A DNA stretch of 64,000 nt from the IMG/VR virus record IMGVR_UViG_3300050343_000110. One strand, given 5' to 3'. The number at the start of each line of letters is the position of its first letter. Position 1 is the stretch's first letter. This DNA is from a virus. A program made the position numbers and the translations under genes. The notes under the pieces are model-generated. The model worked only from the letters and a program-made list of their open reading frames with translations. It was not told the DNA's origin and made no database searches. This document shows, piece by piece, positions 51,997 to 61,287 of this stretch.

Positions 51997-53467
51997 ATAT
52001 ACAAAAACTATGACAGAGGCCCTGCAAGAGATTCGTGAGGGGTTCTCATCAAAACAAATTAAAATGGCAATCGGTGTTGCATCAGATAAAAGATATGCTG
52101 GTGGAAACATGACAGGTGCAGTGGACGCTATTGAGAAAATCAAAAAAGGATTGTCTGACCATCCTCAAGTCGCCGCAGTTCTGAAAAGACAGAATGAAGA
52201 TCTGGAAGAAGAACTAGAACTTACTGAAGCAAAAATATCTAAAGAACTTGCAATTAAAATTTTGTCAATGAGGAAGGATAAAAAGTTTGTAAAGGTTTCT
52301 GGTGATTTTGTTCCAAAAATTTATTTGAGTGGCAACGATAAAGATGCATTAAAAAAAGAATTTGGAAAACTGCCTAGAGGACTACCTAGCGCAACATCTG
52401 GTATGTCAGTTGTATCAATGATTAACTATGCACTTGGTAGTAAAGATGGTCGTGACCCAATTGACACAGAGGACGGCGACAGTCAATCACCAAAATTAAT
52501 TAGTTGGAATAAAGGTGGTAAAGTTATTGGTAAACCAAGAACTGTAGGTGACGCAGTTAAAATTGCTGGTGTTAGAATGGAAAGTGTTGAAAGTGCTGAA
52601 CTTGATGAAGGTAAGATGAAAGACCGTCTAATGAAGGCACAAGACCTCATGGGCCCATCTAAAAATAGAGAACAGGGTATCGAATTTGTGATGAAAGGTT
52701 TAAAGGTTTCAGAGAAGGAAGCAACTAAACTTGTTGATGCAGTTCTAGATATGGTTATGAATAATGAAGTTGAAATTGATGAAATGAAAATGAATGACCC
52801 TAAGTTGAATAAAATATTCGACAAACTCAAAAAGGGTGATACTGTCAAACTCAAGACAAGTTCTACTATCAATCAAGGTAAAGACTTTGTAGAGTATATT
52901 GTGAAATCAAAGAACACAGTAAACAAAGGCAGAGTTGAAAAGATTACTCTTGTTACTAAAGGTAATGAGAAGGCAGTCAAGAAGTTTCTATACAAGAGAG
53001 ATGGCCAAGTAACATTTGCTATCGGTGATATGGGTGCATCTATTGATGATATCAAAGAAGAAAATCTTGATGAAGGTAAGGCTTATAAGTTTGCCGCTGT
53101 AGATAAAAAAGGATTGGTTATTGGATTTGCGTCTGACGAAAAAGATGCAAAGGATATGGCAAGAAGAAACAAGGGTAGAGTTGTTACTCTAACAAAACCT
53201 CTTCCAGATAACAAGAAGAGTGACATGATGGTTAATCGACCATTGCCAGACAAGATGGACAAGTTCCCAACCAATACGAGTGCAACTCAAGGTAAACGTA
53301 TGGGTGAAGAAGATGAAAAGAAAATGGACAAACCAGATTCTGCTAAAGAGGTAGAACAGGGGCGTGATGATAAGAAGAAAACTCGTATCGCTCAGTTGCA
53401 GTTGCAAATTGCAAAGGCAACAGAAACAATTAATAAACTAAACACACAGGAGAAACCAAATGCCTAA
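51989..53467 (+). CDS. putative internal head polyprotein
   Basis: Lys/Glu-rich with repeated (L/I)xE sites (IREG, LTEA, LDEG, IDEM). Confidence 0.5.
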   Translation: MTRYTKTMTEALQEIREGFSSKQIKMAIGVASDKRYAGGNMTGAVDAIEKIKKGLSDHPQVAAVLKRQNEDLEEELELTEAKISKELAIKILSMRKDKKFVKVSGDFVPKIYLSGNDKDALKKEFGKLPRGLPSATSGMSVVSMINYALGSKDGRDPIDTEDGDSQSPKLISWNKGGKVIGKPRTVGDAVKIAGVRMESVESAELDEGKMKDRLMKAQDLMGPSKNREQGIEFVMKGLKVSEKEATKLVDAVLDMVMNNEVEIDEMKMNDPKLNKIFDKLKKGDTVKLKTSSTINQGKDFVEYIVKSKNTVNKGRVEKITLVTKGNEKAVKKFLYKRDGQVTFAIGDMGASIDDIKEENLDEGKAYKFAAVDKKGLVIGFASDEKDAKDMARRNKGRVVTLTKPLPDNKKSDMMVNRPLPDKMDKFPTNTSATQGKRMGEEDEKKMDKPDSAKEVEQGRDDKKKTRIAQLQLQIAKATETINKLNTQEKPNA

Positions 53468-53957
53468 GTATTTGAAAACCAAAGAAGGTAGTCTTGAAAG
53501 TGCAGTGGAAGCGGTTTCTACTGCACAACAGGCTGCAATCGCAATATCAAAAAAAGAAAAAGCAGGGAAACCTGGCTATGATAAAGAAGGCAAATCATTG
53601 AAAGATGATATGACTACAGAGGACAAAGAAGCATATGAGAAGTTCTTCAAGTCTGCACTGAAGAAGTTTGGTGTTGACAGTCCTGCTGACTTCAAATCTG
53701 ATGAAGAGAAAAAGAAGTTCTTTGATTACGTTGACAAGAACTACAAGGGTGAAAACGAAAAGGCTGAAGAAGTCAAAGAAGAAACTCTTGCAATGAAAAC
53801 AGCAAAACACATTTCTGATATGTGGGCTGAAGCTTCATCAAAGAAAGATGTTAAGTCTGAAGAAGATGAAGATGAAGATGAGAAAAAAGAAGATGGTAAA
53901 ACTATGACAGGTAAACCCATGTCAAAGGTTGATACTAAGGTTGTAGAGAAGGACTAA
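53460..53957 (+). CDS. hypothetical charged protein (putative head protein)
   Basis: AQQAAIAISKKE; YEKFFKSALKKFGV. Confidence 0.5.
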   Translation: MPKYLKTKEGSLESAVEAVSTAQQAAIAISKKEKAGKPGYDKEGKSLKDDMTTEDKEAYEKFFKSALKKFGVDSPADFKSDEEKKKFFDYVDKNYKGENEKAEEVKEETLAMKTAKHISDMWAEASSKKDVKSEEDEDEDEKKEDGKTMTGKPMSKVDTKVVEKD

Positions 53958-53959
53958 TC

Positions 53960-54474
53960 ATGCGTAATCTTGTGGAACTCACAAAGATAAATGAAGCAGA
54001 GCTTCCACAAATATATTGTGACATGGATATCAAGTTCTTTGTGACTTCATTGGTGGTTATGAACAACTTACTGGTTTACAGTTTGCGAAAACCGATAAAG
54101 ATGAGCGGTGGAATGCAATCACAGGGAAGAAAGATTTCTGGGCAACTCTTAATTGGATGCCTGGCGCTAAAGTAATGTGGAAGTTGATTAATAAATATAA
54201 TGCAAATATTTTGTCTGCATATTCTAATAGAGATGGAAACAGTAGAAGGGGTAAGACACAATGGTTGTCTAAGAATGCCAAACCTACTGGTAAAACACAT
54301 CTTGTTCTGAGAGCAGATAAACAAAAGTATGCCATGACTGACGGTAAACCTAATATCTTGATTGATGATTATATCAAAAATATCAAGGAGTGGGAAGCCG
54401 CTGGTGGTATTGGGATTCATCATCTGAGTCCAACACAAACTATATCTCAATTGAAGAGATATGGATTTAGATAA
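53960..54474 (+). CDS. HAD-family 5'(3')-deoxyribonucleotidase-like protein (indel near 54030)
   Basis: IYCDMD, WMPGAK, ILIDDY.KNIKEWEAAGGIGI. Confidence 0.7.
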
Positions 54475-54508
54475 ATAGAAGAGAAATCTTTAATTAAGGA
54501 GAAAGACT

Positions 54509-55541
54509 ATGGCCCTATGGGGAAATACAGATGCAGATGAAGCAAAACCAAAGTGGCTCACTGCTGACCCAAAAGACTAACGTGTTTGCAACCAATAAAG
54601 GTTGGACACAATTAAATGGCAAAGGACTTGAAGAAGTTATTTGTGCAATCGGTGGATTGTCAGGCGCATTAAATGCTTCTGATATTACATCAGTAAAATT
54701 TGTTCAGACATCTCTTGCTGCTGGTTCAAGAACAATCTCAGTTGATGTATCATTCAACGAGAAAGTTGCTGTAACTGGTACTCCACAGTTGGTTGTGGAT
54801 AATGCCAACAACTCAAGTGCTGGTAACGGAGACTACACACTAGACTACGCAAGTGGTACAGGAACTAACAAGTTGAGATTCACTAAAGCATCTCAAACTG
54901 TTGCTGCAACAGACGTACTTGCAATCGGTGGTGGTTCACCATCTGCTACAGCAGTAACACTTAACGGTGGTACTATTACTGGTGTTGATGGTGATAAACT
55001 TGGTACAATCACAATCGCTACTGCGACTGCTGGTTCTACTACATTCCCAACTGCTTCAGTTGATACGAATACCGATTCGATTTCTGCTGGTACAGTAAAC
55101 ACTCTAGTTGCTAAAGTACACTCTGCAACAGTTGCTGCTGGTGGCTCTAACTATGCAGTGGGTAACGAGATTACTATTGCAAATGGTTTCGGTACAGGAA
55201 CTAACGCAGTACTAGTAGTTGCAACAGTTAATTCTGGTGCAGTATTAACTGCAACAGTAAAACCTGCTGCTCCTGGCGTGTACTCTGCAATCGCTGGTGG
55301 TGTTACAGGAATTGCACAACAATCAGTAAATACTGGTAGTGGTTCTGGTGCAACATTTGACTTGACACTTGCTGTCGCTTCACTTGCAGTGAACTCTGCT
55401 GGTGCTGGTTATTCTGCCGCTCCAGATATTCTACTTGCTGGTACAGGACTTGAACAACAAGCAACTGTATCTCTAGTAGGTACTGCTGCTGCACTTGCAA
55501 CAACTGGTGCTGCTCAAGAGACACTAACTGTAGTCGCATAA
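54509..55541 (+). CDS. virion structural/decoration protein (indel near 54565)
   Basis: MALWGNTDADEAKPKWL start with RBS; Ig-like SFNEKV.VTGTPQL, YASGTGTNKL.F; GSNYAVG repeats. Confidence 0.55.
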
Positions 55542-55568
55542 GTAGTAATATAATAAACGGAGTATATA

Positions 55569-55829
55569 ATGGCAAAGAATGATAAGGCACAACTTAGTGT
55601 CGATGATATTGAAAAACGTAAAACAAATTTGAATACTGAGCTTGAACAGGTTCATGCTCAGATTCAAAAAATAGATAATATGAGAGTTCAGTTGACAGCA
55701 CAAGGTAACGCCATCAATGGTGCAATCCAACAATGTGATGCTTTTCTGCAACAATTAGGTGAGTCGAGTCCCGACAGTAGCATTCCCTCTCAAGAGGCAA
55801 ATCCAGCAATAAATGCTGTGATGTCTTGA
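55569..55829 (+). CDS. coiled-coil hypothetical protein
   Basis: ORF with RBS. Confidence 0.5.
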   Translation: MAKNDKAQLSVDDIEKRKTNLNTELEQVHAQIQKIDNMRVQLTAQGNAINGAIQQCDAFLQQLGESSPDSSIPSQEANPAINAVMS

Positions 55830-55859
55830 GGGTTCAAATTAAACTAAGGAGAAAGAAAA

Positions 55860-56336
55860 ATGGCAGATAAGAAAATTACTGCACTATCAGATCTTGGAGC
55901 AGGTATTGCTGGCGAAGATCTACTTCATGTGATTGATGACCCATCAGGCAACCCTGTTAATAAACGTGTGTCTGTAACTGATGTTTTTGGTAATATTCCA
56001 TCTATTGTTGCACTTGGTGGAACACCACAGGCAATTACTGCAGCTACCACTGCACCAAATATTACTACAACAATCACCACTATTGACTCAACATCTGGAG
56101 CGCATACAGGAACTATTTCTGAGACTTCAGTTAAACAGGGTCAAATTAAGCATATCGTAAAGATTGCTGGATCAAACTCAAATACTTCTACACTTACAGT
56201 AACAACTGGTGTAGGTATTGCAACAATTGTTCTAACAAGAATTGGTGACTCTGTAACACTTATGTGGACAGGCGCTCAAGGATGGGCAGTTGTAGGAACT
56301 GGTGGCATTAGTGCCGGCGGCCCAACAATTACTTAA
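55860..56336 (+). CDS. structural protein
   Basis: [12 protein letters not shown] adaptor; [10 protein letters not shown]. Confidence 0.55.
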   Translation: MADKKITALSDLGAGIAGEDLLHVIDDPSGNPVNKRVSVTDVFGNIPSIVALGGTPQAITAATTAPNITTTITTIDSTSGAHTGTISETSVKQGQIKHIVKIAGSNSNTSTLTVTTGVGIATIVLTRIGDSVTLMWTGAQGWAVVGTGGISAGGPTIT

Positions 56337-56355
56337 TTAGAAAAAGGATAGAAAA

Positions 56356-56766
56356 ATGAAAACCTTTAAGAATCATTTAAACGAAAAGGCTGTAGATGGT
56401 GGTTATCCAGTAGATACAGATTCATTTTCTAACGACCTTGCAAAACCAGAAAATATCGAAAGAATTAATTCGTTTCTTGGTGCAATGAGTAAGATAGAAT
56501 ATCTTGTTCCAGAACACGCAATTAACAAAATTAAAGAAAGACTAGGTAGACTAGCAATTTCTTTCGGTGATGTTGACTTGAATGAGGCAGGGGGTAAAAT
56601 CTCCCTGCCACTTACTCAATTTGGTGGTCGTTCAGGAATGGATGATAATGCTGAAAAGATTGATGACGATGGTATCTCTCACAAAGTTGAGGGCGGTTTG
56701 TCAATTGAAATCATGCATGAAAAAACTGGAGCAGGAACACATTTTATTAAAGCCAGAATCGTTTAA
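56356..56766 (+). CDS. hypothetical protein with CTS-like N-terminus
   Basis: MKTFKNHLNE. Confidence 0.5.
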   Translation: MKTFKNHLNEKAVDGGYPVDTDSFSNDLAKPENIERINSFLGAMSKIEYLVPEHAINKIKERLGRLAISFGDVDLNEAGGKISLPLTQFGGRSGMDDNAEKIDDDGISHKVEGGLSIEIMHEKTGAGTHFIKARIV

Positions 56767-56781
56767 TAGACGAAGGCAAAT

Positions 56782-57144
56782 ATGTTTGAAAAATTAACTA
56801 ATGATAACATCACAATGTTTGCAATTAAACATTATGATAATCCACAGTGTGAAGGTGAAGCCGAATTCCATGATGACATGAAACGCTTTAAGTATGTAAA
56901 GCGTTTGTTGAGAAAATATCAAGACTCGGGCGAATTAAAAGAACGACTGATATTAAATCACTTAATTGTTATCTTTAACGTGTTCGGTGCAGATGCTGGT
57001 TCTACATTGCTTCTGTTTAAGATTGAACCTGAGCATTGGAGTATTCTAAAAACATTTATGGTGTTTTTAAATATGCTACCAGATGGTGAAATTGCAGAAG
57101 TAGAATTAAACACTGAAGTCGAGAAAGTATTAGAGAAACTATAA
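56782..57144 (+). CDS. conserved T4-like marine phage protein
   Basis: FAIKHYDNPQC...DMKRFKYVKRL...ERLILNH. Confidence 0.65.
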   Translation: MFEKLTNDNITMFAIKHYDNPQCEGEAEFHDDMKRFKYVKRLLRKYQDSGELKERLILNHLIVIFNVFGADAGSTLLLFKIEPEHWSILKTFMVFLNMLPDGEIAEVELNTEVEKVLEKL

Positions 57145-57756
57145 TGGGAAGAGCGATTGATTTATTTGTAACGTACCGTTTCATCAGACTGCTGACTACG
57201 CCGTTTGAAAAAACAGATGCGTTTAAGATGGGTATTATTGATAAGAACGGCAATAGGTTGCCGAAGAAACTGTATAAGATTGATGAACGCAATGCATATA
57301 CTGTATTGCATAAACTTGTATTCAATATCAAGAAACTATTTCAAAAAGTGCCTGGCCTTAGAACTAAGGTTGGTACATACGCTGCTGCCCTATTCTTACT
57401 GAAAGATACTTTCAAAGAACACGTTGAAGACCCCAAAGATGTTTGAGAAAGAGTTTCTTAAATATCTAGAGGAGAACAATATAGAACTTGATGATACTAT
57501 TGCAGAGGAAGTAACTCTGGACAACGGTAAACTATCAAAGGGTATCTATACTCTCACACAGGATGTTGTTGCAACAGAAGATGAGGAAGAAATTGAGGCA
57601 TTGGAAGGTGATGAGGTTGAGGTATTTGAAGATACACCAGCCGCAGATACTATTTTGGGCGTTGATGTTTTTCCAGTAATTCATATAAAAACAAAGCAGA
57701 AGATATTTGTTTCTGCTGAAGATATTAAGGAAGTAGATATAGGGGATCTATTATGA
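57144..57756 (+). CDS. conserved hypothetical protein (indel near 57432)
   Basis: YRFIRLLTTPF.KTDAFK.GIID..G; YAAALFLLK. Confidence 0.6.
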
Positions 57757-58253
57757 GTCTAAAATTCGATGACATTATGAAAAAATTCTATGATGACCCA
57801 TCACTAGGTATCAAGACTGAAGATGCTCCTACCAACAATGCTGGTAGTGGTGCAGTCTCTATGCCACCTGATGCGGCAATGAAGAAGAAAAAGAAAAATC
57901 CATATGATGGTAGAACTAAAGAAGCAAGGCAGTTCTATAAGAGAATGGAAACGCTTCGTGCAAGAAGAGAATCTAGGCTTGCAAAGAAAGTTCAAGAGAA
58001 TACTATTGAACAGGCAAGTTATTTTGCAGAGAGTAATCTTGATGTGTTGAAAAAGATTGTAAAAGACAAACAACACCAAAATGTCAAATTTAAAGATGGG
58101 AATATGAAAGTGGACTTGTTCACTGCCTCAGCAGTAACACAAGTATATGACAAAGTTAATCGTTCCAACCAACAGAAGATGGATAAAATGTTGAATGGTA
58201 AGAAGGCAGAGTTTATGAAGATTGCCAACTTTGCACTTTCAAAGGTTAAATGA
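57753..58253 (+). CDS. putative head protein
   Basis: EDAPTNNAGSG, YDGRTKE, VDLFTASA motifs. Confidence 0.5.
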   Translation: MSLKFDDIMKKFYDDPSLGIKTEDAPTNNAGSGAVSMPPDAAMKKKKKNPYDGRTKEARQFYKRMETLRARRESRLAKKVQENTIEQASYFAESNLDVLKKIVKDKQHQNVKFKDGNMKVDLFTASAVTQVYDKVNRSNQQKMDKMLNGKKAEFMKIANFALSKVK

Positions 58254-59215
58254 AGAACTTTGCAAACTATATTACAGAACAAACTCTGTCTAAATCTGAC
58301 TTAGATGGAGTCGAAAAGTATGCAGATAGATTGTATGCGGCCGCTGGTATTGACGTTGAGTTTACCAGACATTTTCTTGACAGAGTAAATGACAGTCGTA
58401 ACAAGAAACAGATTACTGTGGCAGAACTTATTCGTATGTTTAAACAGTCTTATAAAAAGTTTGGTAAGAAGATTGCGAAACTTGGCCCTGATGCAGAGGC
58501 GGTATTAAATGATATGCAAACAGATATCAATATGCCCTTTGTTCTCAAATGGGATGGTAAAGAGTTAGACTTAATTGCAAAGACAGTAATGAGAAAGAGA
58601 AACTTTGGAACAACGAATCCAAAGTTAAGTTTTGAAGAATTTGAATTCTTTCCTGAAAACTTACATGAAAGAATTGTGCTTCCTGAACCCCCTACAGATT
58701 TACAAAAAGAAGCAGACAAAGTAAAACAGATTATTGCGAATAGGACTCCAGAAGATGAACAGTCTATTCGTATTCACGATGAGAATTCATTTTACGCTAT
58801 TGACAAATATTGTGAAGAACATGGGTTATTATTTCACGATAGTGAGATGAAAGATATCGTGATGCAAGCAAAACCCACAATCAAATATTTTAAAGAACAT
58901 TTCAATATTGATAGACCTCACGAAGTTGATCCGTCTATCAAACCAATGTCTAGTACTACAAACAAGACTAGAGCCTATCCAAGTGGACACGCAACTCAAT
59001 CAATGTTAGTTGGGTTGTACGTTTCTGCAAAGTTTCCAGAACATGAGGATGGTATAATCAGGGCCGCAAAAGAATGTGGACTTGGTAGAGTGAAAGCAGG
59101 ATTTCATTATCTTGCAGATTATGTCGCTGGCAATTTACTTGCAGAAAAAATGTTCCTAGTTATGAACAAAGATAACTATGGTAAATATATAAAGGAAGAA
59201 ATTGATGGCGCCTAG
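58250..59215 (+). CDS. PAP2/acid phosphatase domain protein with an extra N-terminal domain
   Basis: K..F...RP, YPSGH, RVKAGFHY.AD. Confidence 0.75.
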   Translation: MKNFANYITEQTLSKSDLDGVEKYADRLYAAAGIDVEFTRHFLDRVNDSRNKKQITVAELIRMFKQSYKKFGKKIAKLGPDAEAVLNDMQTDINMPFVLKWDGKELDLIAKTVMRKRNFGTTNPKLSFEEFEFFPENLHERIVLPEPPTDLQKEADKVKQIIANRTPEDEQSIRIHDENSFYAIDKYCEEHGLLFHDSEMKDIVMQAKPTIKYFKEHFNIDRPHEVDPSIKPMSSTTNKTRAYPSGHATQSMLVGLYVSAKFPEHEDGIIRAAKECGLGRVKAGFHYLADYVAGNLLAEKMFLVMNKDNYGKYIKEEIDGA

Positions 59216-60272
59216 AAATCACAAACAGTGGAAATCAGTTCCAAACGTAGAATACATTTCAAGTGAATGTTATAATAACAACAGCATATTCCAACAAGAA
59301 CAAGAACTAATCTTCAGTAAAGTTTGGATTCCTATGTGTCACATCAGTGAGATGTATGAAAAGGGAAACTATAGAACAACGCAAATAGCAGGACAAAATG
59401 TTATTGCATATAATACAGGGGAACTTGGTGCAAGAGCATTTATCAATAATGGGCCTCAGATGCCTTCTGGTAAACTGTGGAATGATGATACCTTTGGTAG
59501 AGAACTGCATTGTGAAATAAAACATGGTGGTATGGTTTGGGTTACACTAGACCCTAATCCAACACAGAGTGTGGATGAATGGACTGCTGGTGCATTTGAT
59601 TGTATTGCAGAAGCAATTGACACAGAAGAGATGGAAGTATTCCACTACCACAAAGCCATTATAAATACAAACTACAAGTTATGGCACGATACTAACTCTG
59701 AGTTCTACCACGACTTTATGCACTACTTTAATCGTGTGTCTGGATTCAATGATGAGTATTTTGCTAGAAAAAATATCCCTTTCGACAATGGCCACGTTAA
59801 TGTTAGTTCATTTACAGTCAACTACGAAGAGTACGATGGGTTTGAGGATAGAGGCGAACTTAGTTTCCCTAACCTCCCCCCTAATCAATGGTACATGGTT
59901 GACTTATTTCCTGGCTTTAACTTTAATCTTAGAGGGAGTGCTTATAGAAGCGATAGTGTTACGCCTCTGGGCCCGAATGAAGTTCTTATAGAATTTCGTG
60001 GATATGGATTAAGAAAAGACACAAAAGAAGAAAGACAGACTAGAATTAAACATCATAATTCTATCTGGGGCCCGTTTGGTAGAAATCTCCATGAAGATTT
60101 GATTGGAGTTGCTGGACAGGGAACGACTATGCGTGAAGGAACAGAAGCACGAAATATCCTACACGGTAGACATGAGAATGGAACTATCCACGATGAAGTG
60201 GGTATGAGACATTACTATGGTGCATGGGGTGATATGCTGGGTGTAAATCCAGAACAACCTCTCGCCGCATAA
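59205..60272 (+). CDS. msmA: methanesulfonate monooxygenase alpha subunit (MsmA)-like protein lacking the Rieske cluster motif
   Basis: EVFHYHK..INTNYKLWHDTNSEFYHDFMHYFNRV, PLGPNEVLIEFRG.GL, HNSIWGPFGRNLHEDL.GV, HGRHE..TIHDE.GMRH match MsmA as I recall it; no CxH...CxxH. Confidence 0.75.
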   Translation: MAPRNHKQWKSVPNVEYISSECYNNNSIFQQEQELIFSKVWIPMCHISEMYEKGNYRTTQIAGQNVIAYNTGELGARAFINNGPQMPSGKLWNDDTFGRELHCEIKHGGMVWVTLDPNPTQSVDEWTAGAFDCIAEAIDTEEMEVFHYHKAIINTNYKLWHDTNSEFYHDFMHYFNRVSGFNDEYFARKNIPFDNGHVNVSSFTVNYEEYDGFEDRGELSFPNLPPNQWYMVDLFPGFNFNLRGSAYRSDSVTPLGPNEVLIEFRGYGLRKDTKEERQTRIKHHNSIWGPFGRNLHEDLIGVAGQGTTMREGTEARNILHGRHENGTIHDEVGMRHYYGAWGDMLGVNPEQPLAA

Positions 60273-60283
60273 AGGAGACTAAA

Positions 60284-60445
60284 ATGAAAAATTGGATTAA
60301 ATCACGAATCGCAGAAAGAACATCTTGGGATGGTGCAGTATGTATCGGACTAGGAGTTATGATTCTATTCATGGCACCTCTTGCCAAGATTGCAGCAGGA
60401 CTTGCAATTGCATGGGGAGTTTGGACAATTTGGAAATCAGAATGA
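60284..60445 (+). CDS. small membrane protein
   Basis: 53 aa read by hand (MKNWIKSRIAERTSWDGAVCIGLG...WKSE), AAGGAG RBS, two hydrophobic segments. Confidence 0.6.
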   Translation: MKNWIKSRIAERTSWDGAVCIGLGVMILFMAPLAKIAAGLAIAWGVWTIWKSE

Positions 60446-60564
60446 TTGGGCCAGAAAGATATTGTGAATCTTGTAAATGCAGATGTCACTGTTATTCACA
60501 AGAATGTCCTAATTGTACAAACGATATCTGCACAGAATGTAAATGTGAGGAATCAAAAAAGTGA
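60442..60564 (+). CDS. Cys-rich metallothionein-like mini-protein
   Basis: MIGPERYCESCKCRCHCYSQECPNCTNDICTECKCEESKK; overlaps both neighbours by 4 nt. Confidence 0.45.
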   Translation: MIGPERYCESCKCRCHCYSQECPNCTNDICTECKCEESKK

Positions 60565-61064
60565 TTAAACTATATGGGGCAATCGCTCTCATAGCAATCT
60601 TGGGTGGTGTAGGTTATGGTGCAAAATACTATTACGACACCACCCAAAATACTATTGCACAATTGCGTGACAATAATGCAAAGCTAGAAGTTGCAGTTGA
60701 CACTGCACAGAATAGTGTAGAAACGCTACAGGGTGATATGGTAAAACTTGCAACCTTGAATAAAGGATTGCAACAAGACTTACAGAAGGCAGAAGCATAT
60801 GGGGATGAACTTAGATCGAAACTAAGTAAACTTGACCTTGTTGTGGAAGCATTAAAGAATTCAAAAAGTTTAGAAGGAAAGATGAATGGTGCTACAGCGA
60901 ATTTGTGGCGTGACTTCATGGGTGACACCGGCGGTAATTCTGAGCGTCCTCTTCCTAACTGGTTGCAGCAATCTCCGACAGGAGCCGGAGATCAAAGTAG
61001 TAACCAAGGTGGAGAAAGTTCAGATACCAGTGGTAGCACAACCGAAGCCACTCCAACTGAATGA
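60561..61064 (+). CDS. i-spanin (Rz-like)
   Basis: N-terminal TM helix plus long coiled coil; overlaps a lipoprotein gene. Confidence 0.6.
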   Translation: MIKLYGAIALIAILGGVGYGAKYYYDTTQNTIAQLRDNNAKLEVAVDTAQNSVETLQGDMVKLATLNKGLQQDLQKAEAYGDELRSKLSKLDLVVEALKNSKSLEGKMNGATANLWRDFMGDTGGNSERPLPNWLQQSPTGAGDQSSNQGGESSDTSGSTTEATPTE

Positions 61065-61287
61065 TACTAGAGTATTTGTAGTAAACAAAGATAACTATGA
61101 AGAGTTTGTCAAAGAGTTCACAGAGACTTATGGCGAACTTGCGTTTGTTGCTTTGTCAATGAAGGACTATCAAAATCTTGCATTGAACATTGCAGATATC
61201 AAACGGTACTTAGAACAACAAAAAGAAATAATCATATATTATGAGAAAGCGGTGACAGAAGAACCAAAGGAGAAAGAAGATGATTGA
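60886..61287 (+). CDS. o-spanin (Rz1-like lipoprotein)
   Basis: Lipobox LTGC, Pro-rich, overlaps the i-spanin in another frame. Confidence 0.6.
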   Translation: MVLQRICGVTSWVTPAVILSVLFLTGCSNLRQEPEIKVVTKVEKVQIPVVAQPKPLQLNDTRVFVVNKDNYEEFVKEFTETYGELAFVALSMKDYQNLALNIADIKRYLEQQKEIIIYYEKAVTEEPKEKEDD

